The translations under genes and the position numbers were made by a program. A stretch of 61,726 bases of DNA, filler included, from Rhabdomonas costata (Eukaryota), in the NCBI GenBank assembly GCA_019059605.1. It is 23 parts of 23 records of this genome, joined end to end, with 100 filler letters (N's around TTAATTAATTAA, not from the genome) between each part and the next. Parts side by side here need not be neighbours in the genome. Positions count along the whole stretch, not along the records: positions 48,398 to 50,983 come from JAHMHO010002731.1; positions 51,084 to 53,670 come from JAHMHO010002732.1; positions 53,771 to 56,356 come from JAHMHO010002733.1; positions 56,457 to 59,041 come from JAHMHO010002734.1; positions 59,142 to 61,726 come from JAHMHO010002735.1; 18 more parts are not named here. The stretch is one strand, 5' to 3'. This document shows positions 48,398 to 59,526 of the stretch, piece by piece. Each line of letters starts with the position of its first letter. The stretch's first letter is position 1. The notes under the pieces were generated by a model. It ran no database searches. It saw nothing but the letters and a program-made list of their open reading frames with translations, and was not told where the DNA came from.

Positions 48398-49660
48398 GTG
48401 TTGTGTGTTTGGTTTTTGAGTGCTGGTGCTATTGGGTGTATGAGTGGCTTGGGTCTTGGGTTCTGAGTTGGGGTGAGCGTTTTCATTTTCTTGGTCGTGA
48501 CGGTTTTTATTTTCGCGTGGGTGTTTGTGTTTGCGGATTTCGGCTTCGGGTTCCAGGTCCCCTCGGGGCCTTATTGCGCATGGAGAAGGCGAAATAAGGT
48601 ATGGCTAGGTGACCTGGTCATGAGCAGAGGAGACTGGCGATCCAGTACAAGATACACGAAACAAGCCGGAAGTATTACCGGGTCTGGGGGGTGGAACGCC
48701 TATTCCCACAACAAAGTGATGAGCGGATTTAGTATGCATATTACCCATGTTACTAGATGTGTATGCGTTGGATTTGTATCTGGTTCTGTTGATGTTGGAG
48801 GTGATCCATGATGTAACCCGAGTAGGGCGATGCGTTATGGCCTCAGTCAGTGGTAGGACACCATAGCAACATGATGGCTATGTACACCAACCCATGGGCG
48901 TGGTTACCATGGTAATAGTGTTATGCGTCACATGGTGGTCTATGGACTGATTGTGGAGGCTAACCCTACCTGTAGTATGGGCTGTAGGGGTAGTGAAATG
49001 GCTGCCTACCTTATGGGTACTATGCGATGTAGTGTTAGCGCTCTACCCAGTGTGGTGATGTCATGGGCTGTGTGGTGGTGGTCAGGGTCGCTACAACCCA
49101 GCCATCACCCTCAGCACAGTTGGCATAAGAGGTAGGTCATGGTATCATACCACGTCTGACCCTTATGTTGATGTGTTGGTGGTGATGTTGATGGTGGTAG
49201 TGGTGACCATGCCTAACCCCACACAGTACGCCATGTCATCACAAGGTGTGTCAAGGGCTACACGTTAACCCATAGTGGTAGATGTGGCATAACCCAGCAA
49301 TGTAGCGCATAGGGGTGTGTCGCCTCTCCTCCTAAGGTGTTGTGTGTAGTGGCACTAGGGCTACGACATACCCAGCCATCACAGCAAGGGGCTATGCATC
49401 ACCACAACTATGGTGTGTGAGTCAAGGCCGTGTTGGTGACGTTGGGTGTGGTAGTGCCGATGCCTGACCCTGGTGAGAGGCTACACGGCATAGGGTGCAT
49501 CCCAACCACCACACTCCTGGTACCACATGTAGAAGGTGAGGTCAGACCATGGGGTGTTGGATGCTGAGGTGTGACTGTGCGATGTGAGCCAATCCACCAC
49601 ATGAGGGCTGAGAGCGGCATCACTGCCACAGAGAGGGTAATGTCTCACGTAATGACCCGT
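48398..49660. repeat. Degenerate telomere-like (TTAGGG/CCCTAA-derived) satellite region
   Basis: A G/T hexamer-phased tract at 48398-48560, then mixed taaccc/tgaccc/taggg/tcaggg words with an internal repeat of period ~260-275 bp (acccagccatcac at ~49096 and ~49370; gtgttggtg..gtggtagtg..atgcctRaccc at ~49173 and ~49430). Confidence 0.55.
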
Positions 49661-51624
49661 TGAGAGCCATGATTTTTATGAGGACCGTCGGCCAACCGAA
49701 GAATAGAGCTTTTTTCCTGCCAAAAAGTGTGACATCGGAGATGTCCCTTCAAATGCCTCGTGATTGCTTTAGCTGGTGTTGTTGCTGGAGCCCGCGTATA
49801 AGGGCGAAGGGTTGGCCCCCCCAGTTAAGCGCTTAACGCACCAGTTTGGCGTTCATTGCAAGGAGAGAATGAGAACGTGAGAGAGAGCTGAGTGACGAAA
49901 GCTAAGCAAAGCACAGGACTGCAACGAAATATCGAAGGATCAGTGAAGAGAAAAGGGGCGAGAAGGCATGGGAAGCGGCGGTTATGTAATCAAGGTAGGA
50001 ATGGGTGGGCTTAGGATCGCTTTTGATTGGTATTTTTTCCGGTGTCAGGTGAGGACTCGGACGAGACGGGAGCAGACCGAGACGGAGGCACGCTGGGATC
50101 TTCCGCGGATGCGCCTGACTCCTCTGCGGGCGGCGGAGGGGATGGGGAGCACCCTCCCTGCACGATCTTCCTCGTGATGCAATATTACCAAAGGTTCGCG
50201 CCTGTATGGCCACAGGGCGTCTGAGTTCCGAAGTGCATCTTCTGTTCCATTCCGATCATCGCACTCTGACTTCTCCCCTTGAATTCAAAGGTCCAAGGTT
50301 TTACTTAAAAATTGGAATTGTACTGAACAAGTATCACTGCACGATTGCCACACGATACGGCGCTTGCTTCAGATCGTCATTTCCTGTGCGGATGGTACTG
50401 CCTGTCTTTTTTGTAGTATATGATTGCGCGCCCTTTTCCGGTCCTCTCTCTATCACTTTTTTTCTCTTACAGCGACTCAACCCTGACTTAAGTTTTTGTC
50501 ACTCGCCACACGATCGCCCTTTTTGTCGATGCGCAAACAACCAGTCTTCAATCAGTTTTTCTGTTTCGTGCTACTTCCCTTCACTGATAATGAGCCGGTG
50601 GGTCTTGATTTCATTTCAGCACAGACTTGCCCTAGATTTACAATTAGATGTGACCCCAAAACCACTCAGTTTTGCCATTCTGCATACCAGATATTTTCAT
50701 CATCGCCCCCTGGCTGGAATTTGTTTGGGACTGGGTGCACGTGCTGTTTATTTGTAGGCTAATCCGCCCAGCCACCCTAACTCCGATCAAGTTACCTTGC
50801 ATGTAGCGCCAAGTCGAAGCTGGCCCAGGGTCTTTTCTATTTACAATGGGCCTCCCAAAACACTGCGTGGCCGGTTCTTGTACCCTCAGGCCGCCCCACC
50901 CATGACCCTTAGCTCCATCCTTTTTTATTGTGTACCGCTTCTTTCCCCACCGCATGGGAAGGTTTATGGGTGGCACCCAACCCNNNNNNNNNNNNNNNNN
51001 NNNNNNNNNNNNNNNNNNNNNNNNNNNTTAATTAATTAANNNNNNNNNNNNNNNNNNNNNNNNNNNNNNNNNNNNNNNNNNNNGTTGTGGGGGGGTGAGG
51101 TGAAAGCCCTCATTGCACCTCAGGGTCGGAGGGCACGTCGTCTTCGTCCTCGAGGTTCTGGGTTAAGGCCTGCCCAAGGGCATCAATACACGCAGAGTGG
51201 TCCCAGCACTCCTCTGATAGCAGGGAGAGGACAGGAAAGGACGAGCGGTGTGCTGCAGTCTTTTCGGGTAAGTGTCCTCGCCTCGCGTTCTCACCTTATA
51301 TCGTGGGTGACGGTGATGGTTACGATTTGTCAAGCGCTGTGCCAATCATGCCTTCGCGGTCTCTCCCCATCACTTTCCAGCTTCTCTGGGTTGCCCTCGC
51401 AACTAATGCAGAACTTCTGAACTTTTGAACTCCTGCTGCAAGATTGTGGACCTATTGATGCTGTGCTGTTTTTTTATCTTTTGGTACACTTCTTACCACG
51501 TACAACCCCAAAAATGTGTGGGTGGCGCGTGTGCGTGCGCGGGAAGCGGGAAGGGATGAAAAAGTTTTGGGTTTCACTGAAGGCGTGAGGGTGGCCTTCG
51601 GCCAGCGTGGCGGAATCTCCACAC

Positions 51625-52263
51625 CGGTGGGGTTGAGCCACGGCGGCTTGGCCACCGTCGACGACGCTGCGGAGGGGGCACCGGAGAGTTCCTCTGCGGT
51701 CTTAAGGGCTGAGACAACCGTCCGCGTGATGGCCTCTTTCAGCCGATCAAAGCGATCTGCACCGAAAACCACACCACGCACCTCATGGTGCCCATTTGTT
51801 TGTGATACGGTGCAAAAAAAAATTCATCAAATTATCGGGGCAGATGCGTCTGTGTCTGTGCGAGTGCACTGCCTGCGTCTCTCCGCTTTGCTCACTGTCT
51901 CAAGCATTAGTAACGGTTGTTTGCACAACAGAAACCGGACATTTGTTTCTCCTTCTTGAACAGGTTGTCGCGACCTGTTGAACATGTGGGCAACACACGT
52001 GTCCCGCGGGAATAGAGGGATACCGGGTCCCCATTGGGCGGGAAGGCGCTTTTATTGTGGGGGAACATCATCTCCACTTCCAAAAGACGACACCCATTGG
52101 CGAGCTTCCTCTTACGCAAGGGCTTTCCGCGCGGCATACCAGAGGAAACATCCACCCAAAGGTTCACCGTGACGGCGGGCTCCAGCAGGCTGGCGTGATG
52201 CCACCAGTGCTTTGGCACAAAGAGCACGTCCCCGGGCACAACGGTGATGTGGTACTGCTTCGC
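51625..52263 (-). CDS. HSPBAP1: HSPB1-associated protein 1-like JmjC/cupin protein (partial)
   Basis: Exons 52263-52140 and 51756-51625: VVPGDVLFVPKHWWHHA...VTVNLWVDVSS-DRFDRLKEAITRTVVSALKTAE...WLNPT. This is a JmjC C-terminal motif plus the R..EAITR..V.ALKTAE...WLNPT signature of HSPBAP1. Confidence 0.85.
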
Positions 52264-52949
52264 CTATGCCCACCGGGGTCCCGCTGATGAGTTCTACTCT
52301 GCTCTAGCTCGTATGCACAGCCACTGTGCGCTTTTCCGGAGGCATGCCAGACGCCTTCCACCAAGCCAATGAGACTCGAGACAATCACAAGCAAGTGGTG
52401 CATCACAATTTCCTCCATTTCCAGCACCTTTTGGGACTCACGTGTACGGCTTCTTCTTGTAAAAGCTGTTCGGAGTCTCTCGGTGGGCATCCTCAGAAAT
52501 AACGGGCATCGTGTGCACTATGTACAAAAGCAGGTGGAAGAGACTCCGAAACAAAACCCCCGCAAAAGCATCCTAGCCACTCCTTAGCCACAGCGCCCGA
52601 GAGGCGGCCACGGCCACAACTGCTTGGAAATAAGGGACAGGTTGTGAAGTGCTGTCGACAAGGGCAAGGATACGTAAAGGTCGGGTTTAAACCCAGCCAG
52701 GCGTTGTGGTGCAGTTTTGATTTTACATTGTAACGTATTTCACTCGCTTTCTTTTGTGCTTAGGTTCCCCTGCAAATCTCTCTCGCGTTCCTTCCTGTAT
52801 ATTGAAGCTGTAACAGGCGGGAGGAAGTGTTTTGCAAGTCGTCCGTGGAGGAGATCGATTTGAGGAGGTGAGCCGCATAAAGGGCCAGGAAGCGAAGAAA
52901 GTGGCGATGTAAAGCCATGTGTTTATTAGTTAGTTATGAAAAACGTTTG

Positions 52950-53460
52950 CGAGGGCGAAGCCGAAGCAGGCCTGGGGTCCTTCTGCATGACTGCATCACT
53001 ATCCGGGCGGGTCCACTCAACACGAGGGAGTGTTGCAAGGTCAGGCCACCCTGCCTGGCCCGCGCCATCCTCCGGGCCACAGCACATAGTGCATTGGAAT
53101 TTCAATTGGGATGGAAAGGGAGTCCCTATATCGCCAACCTGACTGTTATACATCTCGCAGCTGGCAGCTGGCTCGGAAGTGGGCGCTGAAAACTGGGGAG
53201 GGGTTTCGTGAATGACTGCAGAGGCATGGGTGGCCCCATGCGCTGGCGATATTGGATCGGACGAAGGGGAAAGGTGATGTTTGGATCAAAAGCGATTTTT
53301 CTCTTGGGGGCGAAGCTCCTCCGGTCTTCATTTTTGACTGCCCCATTGAGGCAAAGAAGAGTGGTGTAGTATACGAAGGAGTGATGCAGTTGTTCGGAGA
53401 TGAAAGGTTTGGCCCAGAGAATGTTGTGCTCATGTCGATAAGCAGTAACAAAGGCGGTTC
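52950..53460 (-). mobile_element. Possible decayed LINE RT fragment in an intron
   Basis: Weak motif echoes in order: TPLFF, IAFDPNIT (AFADDI-like), LAI*GLPFHPN (GL.FN..K-like). Confidence 0.2.
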
Positions 53461-54324
53461 GGACACGGGTACGTAAACGTCCCCGACAAACTTTGGCACA
53501 GACATAACCTTCCCTCAAACCTCCTTCCCCATCCCCCCGTCCATTCACCCCTCACACGAATGTTTCTTCCCACCCTCCAATTCCTTTCCACCCTCACCAA
53601 CAACCACTTCTGCTTTCCCATTTCCCTTCGACCCAGCTCTCCTGCGTTCACCACTTTCAAAACCACCAACNNNNNNNNNNNNNNNNNNNNNNNNNNNNNN
53701 NNNNNNNNNNNNNNTTAATTAATTAANNNNNNNNNNNNNNNNNNNNNNNNNNNNNNNNNNNNNNNNNNNNGGTTTTGGGTGGGGGGGTAAAAAACGTTTT
53801 GGGACCTTTGGCGTCCATTGAAACAGCATTAAATGAGGGACGCAAGCATAGGTCCGCGGCGCGGCCGCAGCGGACAGATGAGATGGGGACGTGACAAGGG
53901 GGGTCATGCAAAAATCTGGACTCTTGTGTGGAGAGGCGAGGACGGTCCCGAAAATGACCCCAATGGACGAAGCTCGGCCTTGAGAACGCACACCCGCACT
54001 GGGACCCAACCTCCCAAGAGGGAGCGTTCACTCACTGCGACACGCATTCGAAGGGGATGAGCACACGCACTGGGACACCGCCCAATCTTAGGCGCTGAGC
54101 TTCGGCGGACCTGCTAAACAACAACCTGTCTCAAAGGGCAGTACCAGATCCTAAAGGGGTGCAAGCAATACACGGGCGGACATCGGAATCGGCAGGTACT
54201 TACTTACACGAGCCAGCAAAAAAACGCAACGCCCAAAGAACGGGAATTTCAAGGAAATGGCGCCATGGGCAATGCCCCCCCCATTGCCAACGCACAGGAA
54301 AGGAGCCGTGAAGGGGCCGCGCAC

Positions 54325-56350
54325 CGATGATTCCGTTCTTCTGCATGATGTGGGTAAGGGGCCGCAGGTGCAGCCTGTGGTGCTCGTTGGTGTCCACCCA
54401 GATGATCCGAGTGAACCACATCGCGACCTTGGCCTTGCCCTTTCCTGGGGAGAACATGTGTATAAACCCGGCGGGGGGGTTCGCCGGGACAAACTCAGGG
54501 ACAGGCTCCAGCACGCGCGCGAACTTCCGCCTGAAGTTCAGGAAGAGCTCCTCGGTGTCCACGGGATCGCCATCCTCGGGCTCGCCCTCCCCTTCGATCA
54601 GTCGATCAAGAGCCTGCAAAGGAAAGTGGCAGCTGACTTGGATGAGCCGTACCTTGCAGATTGTGGGCGATGGGAAAAGCAAAGCACATCAGTCAGAACA
54701 GATGGAAGCCCCGCGTCGTAAGAACAGCACTGAAAATCTTCTTGCATGGTCCGTATTGTCCTCCGTTCTGCATGAAAACCTCGCAGACTGGCTTTTTGCG
54801 CTGTTTTGAGAACGGACGGACGTGTGCACACGAACCAGAACGAAATGGATAAAGGTGCACACTTCAGATAGCTTCTGTAACACCTGAGAAAAGTCCCGCG
54901 GAGAAGCCAGAGCTGAAGGAGATGCACGTCCATACCTCCTCCTCGTTGCCATCGTCGATGGCGCTCCATAGGGTGCAGATGTTGGAGCGCGCCAGAAGCA
55001 CCGTGGAGGTCGCGGCGACGTCCTCTTCCCCGGAGTACCGCTCTCCCATCCCGCAGGCCCACCAGTACCTTTTTTGAGGTGACTCATACCCTCCTTAGCT
55101 GTTGTGGGCGCAGCCATAGCACTTATTTTACGCTCAAGAATTGCAACCGTTTGACAGACCTTCCGCCGTCCGTGCCAGCTAGCACAATCTGTCACACCGA
55201 AGGCCCACCAGTACCTTTTGCGGACAGCTGCAGCTGGCAAAAAAAGAAATGGCTATAAAACAACCAATGGCTCAACATAAGGAGAACCCTGCTGGTCAAT
55301 CATTTGCTTGGTGGTAAGAGGACGAAAATAGGTCCATTTTCACTTCGCTTCCTCACTCCGGTTTGTAAAACCCAAGAGAAGGATGCACTCGCTTTTCGGA
55401 AACGCAAAACTGCTGCTTTGTTCTCCACAGCAAAGCGAAGCAGAGTCCCACCTGAAAAGAAGACTAAACAGAGGCCAATAAACTCCGTTTGTGTTTGCGA
55501 TAGATGGGTTTGGGCTGTTCGACGGCTCCCCGTTTATATCAGTTAGTTACCACAGGAACTGAACCCCCACGCAACCTCAGTTCTGGGTTTGCAATGCAGA
55601 CAGTCAGAGAGCCGTTTTGCCTCGCAGCCCCTTGGAAGTGCGGCGGGGTTAGCTGGCTCTGAGCGCTTGGCTGTCGAGACTTCTCCGCATAGCGGATTCT
55701 GACCGAACCAAAAGACAGAAGGAGGAGCTCCAAAAACCATAAACGCGCATACCCAATGCAGCCCTGTATCACTGCAATGCTGTCCGAGGGACACAGGAAG
55801 GATGTGGAGAGCCCCCTGCTGGACAGCTGGGAGGCGACCGACTTCCCGTCTCTGTTGTGCAGGCACAGCTTGCATTTGAAGGGGTAGTTGTGCTTCGCAA
55901 GCAGAGACTTCGCCGCCTTGAAGCCCGGCCCGGGATTCAGGAAGAACGTGTCGAAGCCATAGTCTGAGAAATAATCACCACCAAAGACGGGAGCAAAACT
56001 CTCTCTCTCCACGTCAATTCCACTTCTCGTGCATAACAAGCTCCGAAATGACACGTGCAAGGCACCGCTGCAACTGTTGGCGCACGGCGGTGCACTGGAG
56101 TGCAGCCCAAATAAGACATTTTTTCCAGCAAGAGCAATTTGAGACAGTAAAGTGGTTTCGTCAAGGCAAGGCAAGGCAATACAAGTGCACACACAGGTCA
56201 GGCTGGCATCCGAAAGCGGGCGCAAGCGGGCAGGCAGTAGCGCGGAAACGCTCACCAACACCGCACCGTTTTCACACAGCAGCTCCAGCACGGCCTCCTG
56301 GTAGATCTTTTTGACCTCTTCCTCCTCGATCGTCGGCAGGAAGGTGCCCA
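54325..56350 (-). CDS. Uncharacterised protein with a putative divergent macrodomain/ADP-ribosyl hydrolase-like fold (partial)
   Basis: Exons ~56350-56267, 55963-55753, 55068-54936 and 54613-54325 splice in frame: VGTFLPTIEEEEVKKIYQEAVLELLCEN-DYGFDTFFLNP...LHNRDGKSVASQLSSRGLSTSFLCPSDSIAVIQGCIG-YWWACGMGERYSGEEDVAATSTVLL...-ALDRLIE...KNGIIG. The coding call is solid; the fold call is inference. Confidence 0.75.
55055..55219 (-). mobile_element. 127-bp insert flanked by a 19-bp direct repeat (TSD-like) that duplicates a splice acceptor
   Basis: aggcccaccagtacctttt occurs at 55055-55073 and 55201-55219 (sense AAAAG|GTACTGGTGGGCCT). The insert ends in a short A run on the sense strand. Confidence 0.6.
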
Positions 56351-56799
56351 CCCCCCNNNNNNNNNNNNNNNNNNNNNNNNNNNNNNNNNNNNNNNNNNNN
56401 TTAATTAATTAANNNNNNNNNNNNNNNNNNNNNNNNNNNNNNNNNNNNNNNNNNNNCTAAAATTGAATTGTTTGGATTTGGGGGACAGAACATCAATTTG
56501 AAACGAGAACCACGCTATTGTAGTCAGTTCCAGAAAACGAAACTAGAAAACAAAGCCCCACAACCAAACAAAAAAACTTGACAAAGCTCAGTCGCTTTGG
56601 GTTTCGGGGAGTTCAAAAAAGCTCCAAAGCGCAACCTTTGTTCGTTCGTTCGTTACTCCTAGCCAACCCACCCGGTGGTTTAACAGCCGCATGAATCAGA
56701 AAAAGGAAGAGCAACCACCGGCCCTCTTCCACTTTGTGCGCACCTCCACCAGGGGAGCAAACTGAAGCTGACTGGGAGCCAGCGCTGGGCAAACCCACG

Positions 56800-58391
56800 A
56801 CGCCTCAGGGTCCAACTTGTGCCCCAATGCCGCGCTGCCCGCGCGGCTGTCGCCCTCGTGGTAACGAAGCACTGCGGAAGGGGAGACAGAGGGCGGTCCC
56901 AGTCGGCCCACTCCTCGGGCGGCTGCCCAGAGGGCGGTGCCGATGTTCAGGTCCATCACGGTGGCGCAGGGGTGAATCAGCGCCCGAACGTGAGCGCCGG
57001 CTCGCTCCGCCTGCTCCGGGCTCAGGTCTACCTCAACAAGATTCCTTGAGAGGGGGGAAAGAGGTAGCCGAAGGACGAAACATGGGAATGGAGAGGGCTA
57101 CTTACGAGCATTCCGTTTTGCAGTTTAAATGGAGTTTAATGGAGTGACGGACAGAGATTCAGGAACCAAAACCCCCTTTTATTTATAAATGGAGTTTAAT
57201 GGCGTAAATGGCATTTCGGACACCATCCTATGACGTCATTATCGTTTTTTAGATTCATAATCAGGATAGTCAAGGTAGTAACACCTGCGTACGGGGGGAG
57301 GTAAAAATCCGTGTTCGCACCTTATCACGCATAATCACTTCTAAACACGAGGATTGCCAGAAAGGGAACAAGGGGAATTTAATGTTAATTTTTTCGTTTC
57401 AGGAAAGGGGCAACCCACAGCGTTTCCAGGAGTGCCAAAATAGATCTGAAAAGCGCTACACGCCCTCCTCCTCGCTCAATACTTTCAATTGAAAAACCTG
57501 TCTCACACTTCGCACCATACCACTGTCGTCCAGGGCTGATCTGCTGAAGTTCCAGCAGGCCAATTCTGCTGGCCACTCGGTCGGGCGTATTCTGCGGGGT
57601 ACTCTCGTAAGCCACGGTTAGCAAATCGATGGGGTCTCCTGGGGGAACGTGGCGATGGACCAGCGCCGACAGCACCATCGAGTCAAGGCCCCCGCTGAAC
57701 AACACCGCCACACGGGCACTCGTCCGTTTTCCCTGCACTGTTTCCACAGGGTTTCCAGCAGGAACCCCAGCGACTCTCGTTCGTACAGCATCAGACAGTG
57801 CCTCGACATACCTCTGAACCGCAAAGTCTGGAGTGCTGGCGCCGGCAGGCTCGGAGAGGGGCTCTAAGTATCGCAGCGGAGCCAGAGGGGTGGGCCAGGG
57901 GTGCGCTTGTATTGACACCGGGTCAGTGCCAGCCTTCAGAGTGACAGAGTATACAAACCCGACGGGAAGCTCCATCCACTCCGGAGCAGAGCCAGGGGGA
58001 ATTCCTTCGGTGCCATCCGCTCTGACGGGTGATCCGGCGACGGAACAGACCACGAGCTGACCTGCCTCCCCCGGCTCGCCCCGGTCCCAGAACGAAAGCA
58101 GAAGCGAGCGCCGGCCAAGTCGGTCCCGGCCAAAGCACAGCGTCCGGGACGAGGGGAGCCACAAACAAAACGCGAAGGGTCCCTCGACGACATCTAGGGT
58201 CCTTGCCACGGCAGATGCCACCCCAGAACTCTCGGCCGCCGCCGAACAGGAACTACGAAGGGCAAGGAGCACGGCGGACGTGTCACTGCTCTCGGAGTCC
58301 ACCAAAAGGCTGCCACGGAAGACCTCCCCATTCCAAAGAAGTGTATTTCCATTCTCCGGGTCAACTGCAGGTTGAGGAACAGTTGAAAACC
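56800..58391 (-). CDS. ASNSD1: Asparagine synthetase domain-containing protein 1 (partial)
   Basis: Exons 58391-57521 and 57044-~56800: PQP...LLWNGEVF...SDT..LL...EGPFAF...FGRDRLGRRSLL...VAVLFSGGLDS...PIDLLTVA...PDRVA..GL.EL...RQW-NLVEVD...LIHPC.TVMDLNIGTALW.AARG.G. The 3' end of the second exon is approximate. Confidence 0.92.
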
Positions 58392-59526
58392 CTGTGGAAC
58401 ACGCGGCCCATATAATATCGCCTTCCGAGTTTGGGCTGCATGCACCATAAAAAATTTCTTGCTTTTGTGAAGTTATTTTTCGAGAACGGGGTTGGTGAAG
58501 CGTTCAATCTTTGCCATTAACAGGCCGAACGGCCTGCACCTCAATCTCCGCAGCGCTGACCTCCCGAGGTCGAATTACGGGATCGCACGCTTCGGGGTGA
58601 GGCCCCCCCCCGGTCACACACACATACGCACAGCTTGGACAGAATCAACCTCTTATGCCAGCGCCCATTTTGGGGCAGCTTTAAGGTGGGCAAAAATGAA
58701 TGCTGGGAACTCCAGGCCCGCCAGGAGTGGGCAGCTAAATAGTGCAGATCGGTACCAGGTCGTTCCCGTCACCGGCTCGACAGTCAAAAATGTACATCGT
58801 AGCGGTGCGGCATCCGGCCACCCATCACCACAATTCTGGAATCAACACGAAAATTGCCTGGGTCTTCAATGAAGAGAGTGGGTTCCTCTACGGGGTACGG
58901 AAATAGCAATGGGTACACAGGGCCGATCCAGTTGGTTATCTACCACGGGAAGAAAACACTAAGGTCATCTCCAACCAGAGGGGTGCCGGTGCAGAAGAAT
59001 GGTGTGGTCAGGCTCGAGGCTCCGCAACCCCCCAAAAAACCNNNNNNNNNNNNNNNNNNNNNNNNNNNNNNNNNNNNNNNNNNNNTTAATTAATTAANNN
59101 NNNNNNNNNNNNNNNNNNNNNNNNNNNNNNNNNNNNNNNNNAGGAGTTTTACCCGGTATTAACATTCACACATTTCAGAAAGCATTCAGAACAGACAAAA
59201 ACTGAGACAGCGGGGCAAAAGTTGTGGAGGAGGAGGGGAGTGGACGAACGTATGACAAAGCGTAGAGTCAAAATAGCAAACGCACCTTTCAGTTCACGGC
59301 TTGCCGTTCTGTGTGTACAAGCCTGAATGCAATCGTGAGCTGCAAAGGGGAATGAGATGGTTTGTGTATTGAGATTCGGCTCCCTTGTGAGTCCCACTGG
59401 TAGCGTATCCGGAGTGCTCGCGTGAGCACGCGCCAGCAATTCCCACGCTAGTGCTCGTTTTTTTTGGCGAGGAATTGGGTTGTTGTCGCTCGTCCGAATC
59501 GTTCCCCCGGTTGCGGCGCGCTGTAG

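Noticed and set aside
50048..50224. GC-rich exon-like segment after ggtgtcag
   Set aside because: Two frames are equally plausible and there is no partner exon or motif, so I cannot support a call.
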